A DNA stretch of 64,000 bases from the NCBI RefSeq assembly GCF_028641065.1, contig NC_073387.1:22692001-22756000 (forward strand), in the 5' to 3' direction. Every line of letters starts with the position of its first letter. Position 1 is the first letter of the stretch. The notes beneath the pieces are model-generated. The model was not told where the DNA came from. It did no database searches and worked only from the letters and a program-made list of their open reading frames with translations. A program made the position numbers and the translations under genes. The DNA comes from Leucoraja erinacea (lineage: Eukaryota). Below, one piece after another: positions 13,501 to 23,720 of this stretch.

Positions 13501-16500
13501 AGCTCTTCTACTGCCACAAAATCTAGTAAACCCTCACAATGCGGAGACTGTCCCAGTAGTGGACCTCCCATCTGCCTTATTGGAGACCCTCACGCTATCC
13601 TTAATCAGACTTTACTGGACTTTATCTTGCGTTAAGCTTTATTCCCTTTATCCTGTATCTGTACACGGCTCGATTGTAATCACGCATAGACTTTCCACTC
13701 ATTAGGTAGCACGCAACAAAAAGCTTTTCCTCGGCACACCTGACAATAGTAAACTGAAATAAAATTCTTGTGGCGGGGTGAACTGTCAGGCACTTACTGT
13801 GAACTTAGCACTCTGTCCGGAGAGGTACGTCAGCAGATACGGTGTTGCCGGCAAACACACCAGCGAGACGTTGGGATCGTCGGCATGGGAGAGCCGGAGC
13901 AAACATTGTGCGGCTTTGAGTTGAACCGACGCGAGGTTGCTGGTGAAGAGTCCAATAAGGACATGGATACTGTTCTCCAACCTACACCGGGAGGAGAAAA
14001 ACACTCAGATTACACTCGCAGAACCTGGTGGTACTCGGTTCCCTGCTCTTCGACATTTAAACCCTGGGGGAAAAACGGTTCTGCCCGTCTATCCTATCTA
14101 AGACTCATAATTCTATACAATTCTATCAAGCCTTCTCTTGATTACCTGCTTGCTTCTGACACCAGGCCACATTTTAAGACCAGAGACCAGAAGTTTGGTT
14201 AAAGGAAAGGTGAGAGAAGCAGAAATGTTTTATGAAGCTCAAGCCTTGACTACTTAAGGCATGAAGCCTTGACTACTCTAATGATGAAGGTTCAGGAGTC
14301 GACACAGTGGAGCAATGGTAGAGTTGCTGCCTCACAGCGCCAGAGACCGAGGTTCGATCCTGACTATGTGTGCTGTCGGTACAGAGTTTGTATGTTCTCC
14401 CTGTGACCGTGTGGGTGCTCAGTTTCCTCAGAGTGCTCCAGTTTCCCCCCCGGGAACAATTTACAATTTTACCAAAGCCAATTAATCTACAAACCTGTGT
14501 GTCTTTGGAACATGGGGGGGGGGGGGGCCCATGTTCCAAAGACACACAGGTTTGTAGATTAATTGGCTTTGGTAAAATTGTAAATTGTCCCCGATGTGTG
14601 GGATAGTGCGAGTGGACGGGGTGATCGTTGGTCGGCGCGGACTCGATGGGCCAAAGGGCCTGTTTCCGCACTGTATCTCTAAAGTAGGCTAAAGTAGGAT
14701 AAATTAAAGTAATTAAAATTGGGCAAAAAATGCTGCAGTAACTCAGCGGGTCAGGTAGCATCTATGGTGAACATGGTTAGATGACGTTGCGGGTCAAGAC
14801 CCTTCTCCAGGTTGATTGTAAGTGGTGGGAGGAAGAAAGCTGGAATAGCAGTGGGGGCAGTGATAGGTGGATACAGGCGAGGGGTGGGTTCTGATCGATA
14901 GTAAAATTAATGATGTGCTCAAGGACAGAATTAGAATACAAAGATCTCAGAAGGCATTTGATTCAGCAACTAAGTTACAGAGAAAGTTTGAACAAGTTAG
15001 GGCTTTATTCTTTAAAGCGCAGAAGGTTAAGGGGGGACTTGATAGAGGTTTTTAAAATGATGAGAGGGATAGACAGAGTTGACGTGGAAAAGCTTTTCCC
15101 ACTGAGGGTAGGGAAGATTCAAACAAGGGGACATGACTTGAGAATTAAGGGACTGAAGTTTAGGGGTAACATGAGGGGGAACTTCTTTACTCAGAGAGTG
15201 GTGGCTGTGTGGAATGAGCTTCCAGTGAAGGTGGTGGAGGCAGGTTCGTTTTTATAATTTAAAAATAAATTGGATAGTTATATGGACGGGAAGGGAATGG
15301 AAGGTTATGGTTTGAGCGCAGGTGTATGGGACTAGGGGAGAATACGTGTTCGGCACGGACTAGAAGGGTCGAGATGGCCTGTTTCCGTGCTGTAATTGTT
15401 ATATTATATTATATTATTATATTCATAGGATGGGCCGAGTGCATGGATGCACCTAAAACAATAATAATATGAAACCTCTCTCCTTGGTACCTGACAAACA
15501 TCTTCTGTGCCTCTGCCAGGTGCAGTAATTGGCACAGGGATTGTAAGGCAGCAAGCCGATCTTCTGATCCATGCTGAATCCTCTGGTATAGTTGCGACAC
15601 CTTCAGGGACAGAAGGCATTTCTTTAAACTTTAATTGTCAAGTCAAGTCACTTGCAACTTACAAATACTTACTCACAAGGACCACATTCCTCCAACACAT
15701 GTGACCCCTTTCCTAAACTACCCCCATGCAAACCGTCATAGTAATGTACAAATGATAAGTACATGTGAATAAAACGACACAAAGAGTCATACAGCACGGA
15801 CACATCTACACTACTCACCTGCCTGCGTTTGTCAGATATCTCTCTAAACCTTTCCTATCCATGAACCTGTCCTAAATGCTGTTATACAGTGGCTTGCAAA
15901 AGTATTCATACCCCTTGAACTTTTCCACATTTTGTCACGTTACAACCACAAACGTAAATGTATTTTATTGGGATTTTATGTGATAGACCAACACAAAGTG
16001 GCGCATAATTGTGAAGTGGAAGGAAAATGATACATGGTTTTCAAATTTTTTTACAAATAAAAAACTGAAAAGTGTGGCGTGCAAAAGTATTCAGCCCCCT
16101 TTACTCTGATACCCCTAAATAAAATCCAGTGCAACCAATTGCCTTCAGAAGTCACCTAATTAGTAAATAGAGTCCACTTGTGTGTAATCTAATCTCAGTA
16201 TAAATACAGGTGTTCCTTGAAGGCCTCAGAGGTTTATTAGAGAACATTAGTGAACAAACAGCATCATGAAGCTCAAGGAACACACCAGACAGGTCAGGGA
16301 TAAAGTTGTGGAGAAGTTTAAAGCAGGGTTAGGTTATAAAAATATATCCCAAGCTTTGAACATCTCACGGAGCACTGTTCAATCCATCATCCGAAAATGG
16401 AAAGAGTATGGCACAACTGCAAACCTACCAAGACATGGCCGTCCACCTAAACTGACAGGCCGGGCAAGGAGAGCATTGATCAGAGAAGCAGCCAAGAGGC

Positions 16501-19500
16501 CCATGGTAACTCTGGAGGAGCTGCAGAGATCCACAGCTCAGGTGGGAGAATCTGTCCACAGGACAACTATTAGTCGTGCATGCCACAAATCGGGCCTTTA
16601 TGGAAGAGTGGCAAGAAGAAAGCCATTGGTGAAAAAAAGCCATAAGAAGTCCCGTTTGCAGTTTGCCACAAGCCATGTGGGGGACACAGCAAACATGTGG
16701 AGGAAGGTGCTCTGGTCAGATGAGACCAAAATTGAAGTTTTTGGCCTAAATGCAAAACGCTATGTGTGGCGGAAAACTAACACTGCACATCACCCTGAAC
16801 ACACCATCCCCACTGTGAAACATGGTGGTGGCAGCATCATGCTGTGGGGATGCTTTTCTTCAGCAGGGAGAGGGAAGCTGGTCAGAGTTGATGGGAAGAT
16901 GGATGGAGCCAAATACAGGACAATCTTGGAAGAAAACCTGCTAGAGTCTGCAAAAGACTTGAGACTGGTGCGGCGGAGGTTCACCTTCCAGCAGGACAAC
17001 GACCCTAAACATACAGCCAGAGCTACAATGGAATGGTTTAGATCAAAGCATATTCATGTGTTAGAATGGCCCAGTCAAAGTCCAGACCTAAATCCAATTG
17101 AGAATCTCTGGCAAGACTTGAAAATTGCTGTTCACAGACACTCTCCATCCAATCTGACTGAGCTTGAGCTATTTTGCAAAGAAGAATGGGCAAAGATTTC
17201 AGTCTCTAGATGTGCAAAGCTGGTAGAGACATACCCCAAAAGACTTGCAGCTGTAATTGCAGCGAAAGGTGGTTCTACAAAGTATTGACTCAGGGGGGCT
17301 GAATACTTTTGCACGCCACACTTTTCAGTTTTTTATTTGTAAAAAAATTTGAAAACCATGTATCATTTTCCTTCCACTTCACAATTATGCACCACTTTGT
17401 GTTGGTCCATCACATAAAATCCCAATAAAATACATTTACGTTTGTGGTTGTAACGTGACAAAATATGGAAAAGTTCAAGGGGTATGAATATTTTTGCAAG
17501 CCACTGTAGTACCTGCGACAACTACCTCCTCTAATCCATACCCTCACCACCCTGTTTGAAAAAGTTGTCCCTTCAGATTGTGATTAAGACTATCCCCTCT
17601 CACCTTAAACCCATGTTCTCTGGTTCGTTAATTTGCCCACTCTGGGTAAAAGACTACATTCACCCTATTCCCCTCATGATTTTATACACCTCTGAAAAAA
17701 CACTCCTCAGCCTCATGTGCTCCATATAGCCTGCCCAACCTCTCCCCGTAGCTCAGGCCCTCGAGTCCTGGAAACATCCTTGTAAATCTTCTCTGCATTT
17801 TTCCAGCTTCGCAACATCCTTCCTATACCAGGGTGACAGAAACCAAACACATTACGCCAAATGACTTGTACAACTGTAACATGACCTCCAAACTTCTAGT
17901 CGGAAGGAACTGCAGATGCTTGATTAAAACGAAGATAGACACAAAAAGTTGGAGTAACTTAGTGGGACAGACAGCATCTCTGGAGATAAGGAATAGTTGA
18001 CTCTTCTTCAGACTGAGAGTCAGGGGAAAGGGAAAACGAGTCCCCGGTCTCTTCCTGTTGGAGGCCGCTCCTCGTTGCGGCCTCAACGACAATGGAAACC
18101 GACGAGAAAAGGTCGGGTCTCCAGTGCAGGGAGCGAGAGATGGTGATGTGGCCGCGCCGCCTACCGGATATGATGTGGAGAGATAAAGAACAAATGAATG
18201 AAAGATGTGCAAAAAAGTAACGATGATAAAAGAAACATGCCATTGTTAGCTGTTTGTTAGGGGAGAACGAGTACAGACAATGAGACTCAAGATGAATTTG
18301 AAGCTGGTAATGACGGGTGGGGGAGGGATGGAGAGTGAGGGAATTGAAGTTAGAGAAATCAACATCATACCACAGGGTTATAAGCTGCCCAAGTGAAATA
18401 TGAGATGCTGTTCCTCCAATTTGTGTTTGGCCTCACTGACAATGGAGGAGGCCTAGGACAGAAAGGTCTGTGTGAGAATAGGAAGGGGAATTAAAGTGTT
18501 TGGCTACCGGTAGATCAGGTAGGTTCAGGTGGACTGAGCGAAGGTGTTCAGCAAAACAATCATCTAAGTCTCGGTTGGTCTCGCCGTTATACGAGTCCAC
18601 ACTTTGAACAACGGATACAGTAGATGAGGTTGGAGAAGGTGCAAGTGAACCCCTGCCTCGCCTGAAAGGACTGTTGGGGTCCCTGGACAGAGACAGGTGT
18701 TGCACCTCCTGCGGTTGCAGGGCAATGTACATGGGGAGGGGGTGGCTTAGGTGGGAAAGGAGGAGTTAACCAGGGAGTTCCGGAGGGAACAGTCTCTGCA
18801 GAAGGTGGTGGAGATGGGAATGGAGATGGTGGTGGAGATGTGCGCGGGGTCCCGTTGGAGGTGGCGGAAATGTCGGAGGATTATGTGTTGTATGCGATGG
18901 CTGATGGGGCGAAAGGTAAGGACTAAGGGGACTCTGTCTCTCTTGTGACTAGGGGAAGGGGGAGCAAGGGCGGAGCTGCCGGGTACCAAGGAGACACAAG
19001 TGAGGGCCTCATCTATGATGGGAGAGGGGAACCCCAGTTCCCTGAAGAATGAGGACATCTAGGATGTCATGGTATGGATCACCTCATCTTGGCCACAGAT
19101 GCGGCGTAGATGGAGGAATTAGTAGCAGGGGATAGAGTCTTTGCAGGAAGCAGGGTGGGAAGAACTGTAGTTGAGATAGTTGTGGGAGTCAGTGGGTTTG
19201 TAATAGACGTCAGTCGATTGTCTATCTCCTGTGATGGAGACTGTGAGATCAAGAAAGGGGAGGGAGGTGTCGGAGTCCAAGTGAATTTGAGTGCAGGATT
19301 GAAATTGGTGGTAAAGTTAATGAAGTTGATCCCGATCCTGAGTACAGGTGCTGTCTGTGCGGAGAGGGGAGTTTGTACGGTCTCTCTATGACCACGTGGT
19401 TTGGGGGAGGGGGAGCAATGGCGGAGCTGAGGGGCACAGAGAAGACACGAGTGAGGGTCTCATCCACGATGGAAGAGGCGAACCCCGATTCCCTAAAGAA

Positions 19501-22500
19501 TGAGGACATCTCAGATGTCCTGGTATGGAACACCTCATCTTGGGTGCAGATACGGCGTAGATGGAGGAATTGGGAATAAGGGATAGAGTCTTTGCTGGAA
19601 GCAGGGTTGAAAGAAGTGTTGTCTAGATAGTTGTGGCTTTCTGTGTCTATCCCCCAACTTGCATACTTTATACCGTGATTGATGAAGGCCAATGCAGCAA
19701 AAACCTTCTTTACCACCCTCTCTACTGTAATGCCACTTTCAGGGAAATGTGCACCTTTACTCCTAGATCCTTCTGCTCTGCAAAAATGTAAGCTTGTCAT
19801 GCATTAAAATAAATGCTATGACATTCCTTAGCATTATGTATGTGGGTTGCAGTGGTAAAGTTGCTGCCTCACACCGCCAGAGACTCGGGTTCGATCCTGA
19901 TTATGGGTGTTGTCTGTAAGGAATTTGTACATTCTCCCTGTGACTCCATGGGTTTTCTCCGACTGCTCCGGTTTCCAAAGATGTGCCGGTTTGAAAGTAA
20001 ATCAGCCACTGTAAATTGTCGCTGATGTGTAGGATAGAGCTAGTGTATGGGGTGATCACTGGTCAGCACGGACTCTGTGGGCCGAAGGTCCTGTTTCCAC
20101 GCTGTATCTCGAAACAAAGCAGTGCCTGGACTGACTGGGTCTCACCTCTTCCTGCGTCACCGAGGGCTCTCTTGTCTCCATCTCCTCTCCATCATCTTGA
20201 AGCTCCCTCAACAATCTCTTACTGACGAGTTGCGTCTCCCTCCTTGCTTTCCTCAGAGCTGAGAACAGAAAGAAAATGGAGCCGCTTTGAAACCATATTG
20301 TCCTGCAGTAACGTTCCACATCCTGAGGAAAGATGTGCTGGCGTATGATGAGAGTTTGACGACACTGGGCCTGTACTCACTGAAGTTTCGAAGGATGATT
20401 GAAACTTACAAGTGAAAGGCTTGAATAGAGTGGATGTGGAGAGGATGTTTCCACTAGTGGGAGAGTCTCGGACCAGAGGGCACAGAATCAACATAAAAGG
20501 AAGTACCTTTCGAAAGGAGATGCAAAATAATTTATTTAGTCAGAGGGTGGTAAATCTGTGGAATTCATTACCACAGACGGCTCTGGAGGCCAACTCAATG
20601 GATATTTTTAAGGCAGAGATTGACAGATTCTTGATTAGTACGGGTGTCAGGAGCTATGGGGCAAAGGCAGGAGAATGGGTTTAAGAGGGAAAGACAGATC
20701 AGCCATGATTGAATGTCAGAGTAGACTTGATGGGTCGAATGGCCTAATTCCTCTCCTAGAACTTATGAACGTCACCCAAAACGTTGCAGAAAAATTCAAA
20801 GTTGTCAGGAACCATGTGGATTTAAGCCAAGAATTATTGTGCTTAAATAAGAATTATTACAGCAAAACTGAAAATGACAGTAGCACGGACACACTACTGG
20901 AGATACACTGCAGTGTAGAAGCTCCACGCAAACGTCCCCATACTATTTATTTCACCTTAGCACAAAGCACAACCAAGAGAGTCAAGGGTTTATCATCGTA
21001 TGCACCAAAACAGAACAATGATATTCTTACTTGCAGCAGCCCAACAGGTTTGTAAACATAATACTCAATAGATAATATAATGAACAAAAATAGTTTAATA
21101 AATAAAAAACCCACACGGTGCAAAAAACATGGCCAAAGTCCCTCGTGCAACCCTGGCAGTTCGTAGTGTCCAACAGCCTGATAGTTGTAGGGAAGAAGCT
21201 GTTCCTGGATGTTAGTTTTCAGACATTTTAGACTTTAGAGAAACAGAGTGGAAACAGACCCTTCGGCCCACCGATTCCGTGGTGACCAGCCCGATCACCC
21301 TGTACACTTGCACTATCCTACAAACCAGGGACAATTTACAGAAGCCAATTAACCTACAAACCTGTACATCTTTGGAGTGTTGGGAGGATACCGGAGCACC
21401 TGGAGAAAACCTGTGACGTGGTCACGGGGAGAACGTACAGACAGCACCAGTAGTCAGGAACAAACCCGGGTCCCTGGCTCCATTTTACTACCATATTCCA
21501 AAGACATGGTTTGCAGCTTAATTAGCTTATGTAAATTGTCTCTCATGTGTAGGAAAGTGTTCATGGACGGGAATCGCTGGTTGGCATAGACACGGAGGGC
21601 CAAATAACCTGGTTCTATAACCATATAACAATTACAGCACGGAAACAGGCCATCACGGCCCTACAAGTCCATGCCGAACAAATTTTTTTTCCCCCTTAGC
21701 CCACCTGCCTGCACTCATACCATAACCCTCCATTCCCTTCTCATCCATATGCCTATCCAATTTATTTTTAAATGATACCAATGAACCTGCCTCCACCACT
21801 TCCACTGGAAGCTCATTCCACACCGCTACCACTCTCTGAGTAAAGAAGTTCCCCCTCATATTACCCCTAAACTTCTGTCCCTTAATTCTGAAGTCATGTC
21901 CTCTTGTTTGAATCTTCCCTATTCTCAAAGGGAAAAGCTTGTCCACATCAACTCTGTCTATCCCTCTCATTTTTTTAAAGACCTCTATCAAGTCCCCCCT
22001 TAACCTTCTGCACTCCAGAGAATAAAGACCTAACTTATTCAACCTATCTCTGTAACTTAGTTGTTGAAACCCAGGCAACATTCTAGTAAATCTCCTCTGT
22101 ACTCTCTCTATTTTGTTGACATCCTTCCTATAATTGGGCGACCAAAATTGTACACCATACTCCAGATTTGGTCTCACCAATGCCTTGTACAATTTTAACA
22201 TCACATCCCAGCTTCTATACTCAATGCTCTGATTTATAAAGGCTAGCATACCAAAAGCTTTCTTTACCACCCTATCTATATGAGATTCCACCTTCAAGGA
22301 ACTATGCACGGTTATACCCAGATCCCTCTGTTCAACTGTATTCTTCAATTCCCTACCATTTACCATGTACGTCCTATTTTGATTTGATTTGTCCTGCCAA
22401 GGTGTAGCACCTCACATTTATCAGCATTAAACTCCATCTGCGCTGTATCTGTAAAGGCTAAACTCTAAACCACTTTGTCTCTTTTTCCCTGCCCCGCAAC

Positions 22501-23548
22501 TGAAAACATCAACCCCACCTCTGCCTTATCAAATCCTTTCTGAAACTTGAAGCCGGTTCCTGACTCCTTGCCTGTTCCCAACCTGTTCCAACATCCAGCG
22601 TTTGATCAGAAGAATTTGCTTGAACCTATCATGTTTACTGTTCCCCAACAACTAACTACATCACTGCCCAACCAGATCCTTCGCTGTGGTGGACTATTTG
22701 ACACTGACAACACATTCGCAAGGGCGGCACAGAGTAGCGCAGCGCCAGAGACTCTGGTTCAATCCTGACCTCAGGCACAGCCTGTGGATTTGCATGTTGT
22801 CCCTGTGACCGCGTGGGTTGTTCCTCCCACACTCCGAAGACGTGCAGGTTTGGAGTCTGAAGAAGGGTTTCGGCCCGAAACGTCGCCTATTTCCTTGGCT
22901 CCATAGATGCTGCTGCACCCGCTGAGTTTCTCCAGCATTTTTGTGTACCTTCGATCTTCCAGCATCTGCAGTTCCTTCTTGAACAGGTTTGTAGGTTAAT
23001 TGGCAAATTCCACACACAAGCAGCACCTGAGAGCATGATTGTACCCGAGGCTCTGGCCGGGAGAGCCAGCAGCGCCACCATACATCGAGACACAAGGAAC
23101 GACAGATGCAGGTTCACATAAGTGCTGGAGTAACTCAGCAGGCCAGGCAGCATCTCTGGGAAACGTGGATATGTGATTTTAGGTCGGGGACCCCTCCATA
23201 TATCATTATTCATACTTTTGATGTTGTGAATCTGGTTTTTAATTAATGTGCCCCATGTGTTACAATGGGTCAATGTACATAACAGGGTGCTGAGGGGGAG
23301 AGCGGAGAAGGAGGGCGACTGTGGGACAGGGTGGGAGGGGGGAGATACGGCAGGCAGGCAGGTTGCGGGAATGGTGGAGAGGGGGGGACATGAGATGGGG
23401 ATATGAGAGTGGGGGGGGGAGATTGGGGGAGTTCCAGCTCACCGGGGCGCGACCCCCGCCGCTCACCCCATTCCTGCTGCCTCCTCCGGGCTCTAATCGC
23501 CTCCACGGCCCCGCAACCGCGGGACACGGCTCCTCCCGCCCGCAACAT
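1432..23548 (-). CDS. TMCO6: TMCO6 (ARM/importin-alpha-like repeat protein), coding exons 1-10; 3' exons lie left of the window
   Basis: Ten GT-AG exons with consistent phases: 23467-23548, 20146-20258, 15491-15600, 13798-13981, 12480-12584, 11461-11546, 7084-7200, 4616-4730, 2711-2879, 1432-1526. Peptides ([53 protein letters not shown]) match recalled TMCO6; SLC35A4 is a neighbour as in human 5q31. Confidence 0.93.
2711..2879 (-). CDS. TMCO6: TMCO6 exon 9
   Basis: [13 protein letters not shown]...[17 protein letters not shown] donor. Confidence 0.92.
3421..4250 (+). mobile_element. CR1-clade LINE 3' fragment
   Basis: [50 protein letters not shown]; boundaries approximate. Confidence 0.92.
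4616..4730 (-). CDS. TMCO6: TMCO6 exon 8
   Basis: [43 protein letters not shown] donor. Confidence 0.88.
4750..5072 (+). repeat. Polypurine (GA/G-rich) low-complexity tract
   Basis: Almost only G and A, adjoining the assembly gap. Confidence 0.9.
5073..5247. other. Assembly gap (175 N)
   Basis: Run of N. Confidence 1.
5995..6400 (-). mobile_element. CR1-clade LINE 3' end, second subfamily with a (TTTCTATG) tail
   Basis: Near-identical to 8905-9205 and 53420-53570 on the other strand. Confidence 0.85.
7084..7200 (-). CDS. TMCO6: TMCO6 exon 7
   Basis: [38 protein letters not shown], phase 2 to 2. Confidence 0.92.
8160..8445 (+). mobile_element. tRNA-derived V-SINE (HE1-like); representative of dozens of copies in the window
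   Basis: B-box GGTTCGATCC, conserved core GTACGTTCTCCCTGTGACC, CR1-like 3' end GGGCCGAAGGGCCTGTT; other copies e.g. 1-210, 11815-12435, 14305-14690, 40510-40800, 50455-50740. Confidence 0.85.
10815..11440 (+). mobile_element. CR1-clade LINE fragment
   Basis: [30 protein letters not shown]; degenerate. Confidence 0.85.
11461..11546 (-). CDS. TMCO6: TMCO6 exon 6
   Basis: [35 protein letters not shown] donor. Confidence 0.92.
12480..12584 (-). CDS. TMCO6: TMCO6 exon 5
   Basis: [35 protein letters not shown], tttcag acceptor, GTGAG donor. Confidence 0.92.
13798..13981 (-). CDS. TMCO6: TMCO6 exon 4
   Basis: [66 protein letters not shown] donor. Confidence 0.93.
14960..15405 (+). mobile_element. 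CR1-clade LINE 3' fragment
   Basis: [24 protein letters not shown]...FFTQRVV, 3' tail. Confidence 0.9.
15491..15600 (-). CDS. TMCO6: TMCO6 exon 3
   Basis: [41 protein letters not shown] boundaries, phase 0 to 2. Confidence 0.88.
15887..17506 (+). mobile_element. Full-length Tc1/mariner DNA transposon, Passport-like, IR/DR type
   Basis: ~210-bp terminal inverted repeats starting CAGTGGCTTGCAAAA, TA duplication (15885-15886, 17507-17508), internal direct repeat GCAAAAGTATTCA; interrupts a CR1 fragment. Confidence 0.97.
16266..17288 (+). CDS. Tc1 transposase, 340 aa, DD34E
   Basis: Open frame; paired-like HTH N-terminus, GRPPK, WSDETK / QQDNDPKH / SPDLNPIE with 34 residues between the second D and E. 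Confidence 0.96.
   Translation: MKLKEHTRQVRDKVVEKFKAGLGYKNISQALNISRSTVQSIIRKWKEYGTTANLPRHGRPPKLTGRARRALIREAAKRPMVTLEELQRSTAQVGESVHRTTISRACHKSGLYGRVARRKPLVKKSHKKSRLQFATSHVGDTANMWRKVLWSDETKIEVFGLNAKRYVWRKTNTAHHPEHTIPTVKHGGGSIMLWGCFSSAGRGKLVRVDGKMDGAKYRTILEENLLESAKDLRLVRRRFTFQQDNDPKHTARATMEWFRSKHIHVLEWPSQSPDLNPIENLWQDLKIAVHRHSPSNLTELELFCKEEWAKISVSRCAKLVETYPKRLAAVIAAKGGSTKY
17895..19640 (-). mobile_element. Penelope-like retroelement fragments, rearranged
   Basis: [41 protein letters not shown] peptides; boundaries approximate. Confidence 0.82.
20146..20258 (-). CDS. TMCO6: TMCO6 exon 2
   Basis: ttctcag acceptor, [21 protein letters not shown]...QEE, GTGAG donor. Confidence 0.92.
21618..22440 (-). 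mobile_element. CR1-clade LINE 3' fragment (young, 237-aa open frame)
   Basis: Same CR1 ORF2 C-terminal motifs, near-identical to the 3421 and 14960 copies. Confidence 0.93.
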
Positions 23549-23720
23549 GGCGCCGCCGCTCTCGCCGGCTTCCCGGCGCTCGCTGGTGACGTTGCTGGTG
23601 ACGCCCCTGGGCGCCTGGTGATGACGTTGTCCTGGCCTGGCGCCGCCGCCGCCGCCACAGCAGCGTCCCCCGCAGGCCAGGAGGACCTCAGCTCCCAAAC
23701 AATGAGGCTGACTGCTCATG
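23400..23720. promoter_or_regulatory. CpG island / TMCO6 promoter, possibly bidirectional with the kinesin-like gene
   Basis: GC- and CpG-rich unique sequence around the TMCO6 ATG; three TGACG (CRE half-site) motifs in 23586-23627. Confidence 0.65.
23467..23548 (-). CDS. TMCO6: TMCO6 exon 1 ([27 protein letters not shown])
   Basis: GGCGCC-ATG context in a CpG island, GTGAG donor, phase 1 joins exon 2. Confidence 0.85.

Noticed and set aside
21653-22366. 237-aa ORF as a host gene
   Set aside because: C-terminus of CR1 ORF2, 5'-truncated, with near-identical copies in the window
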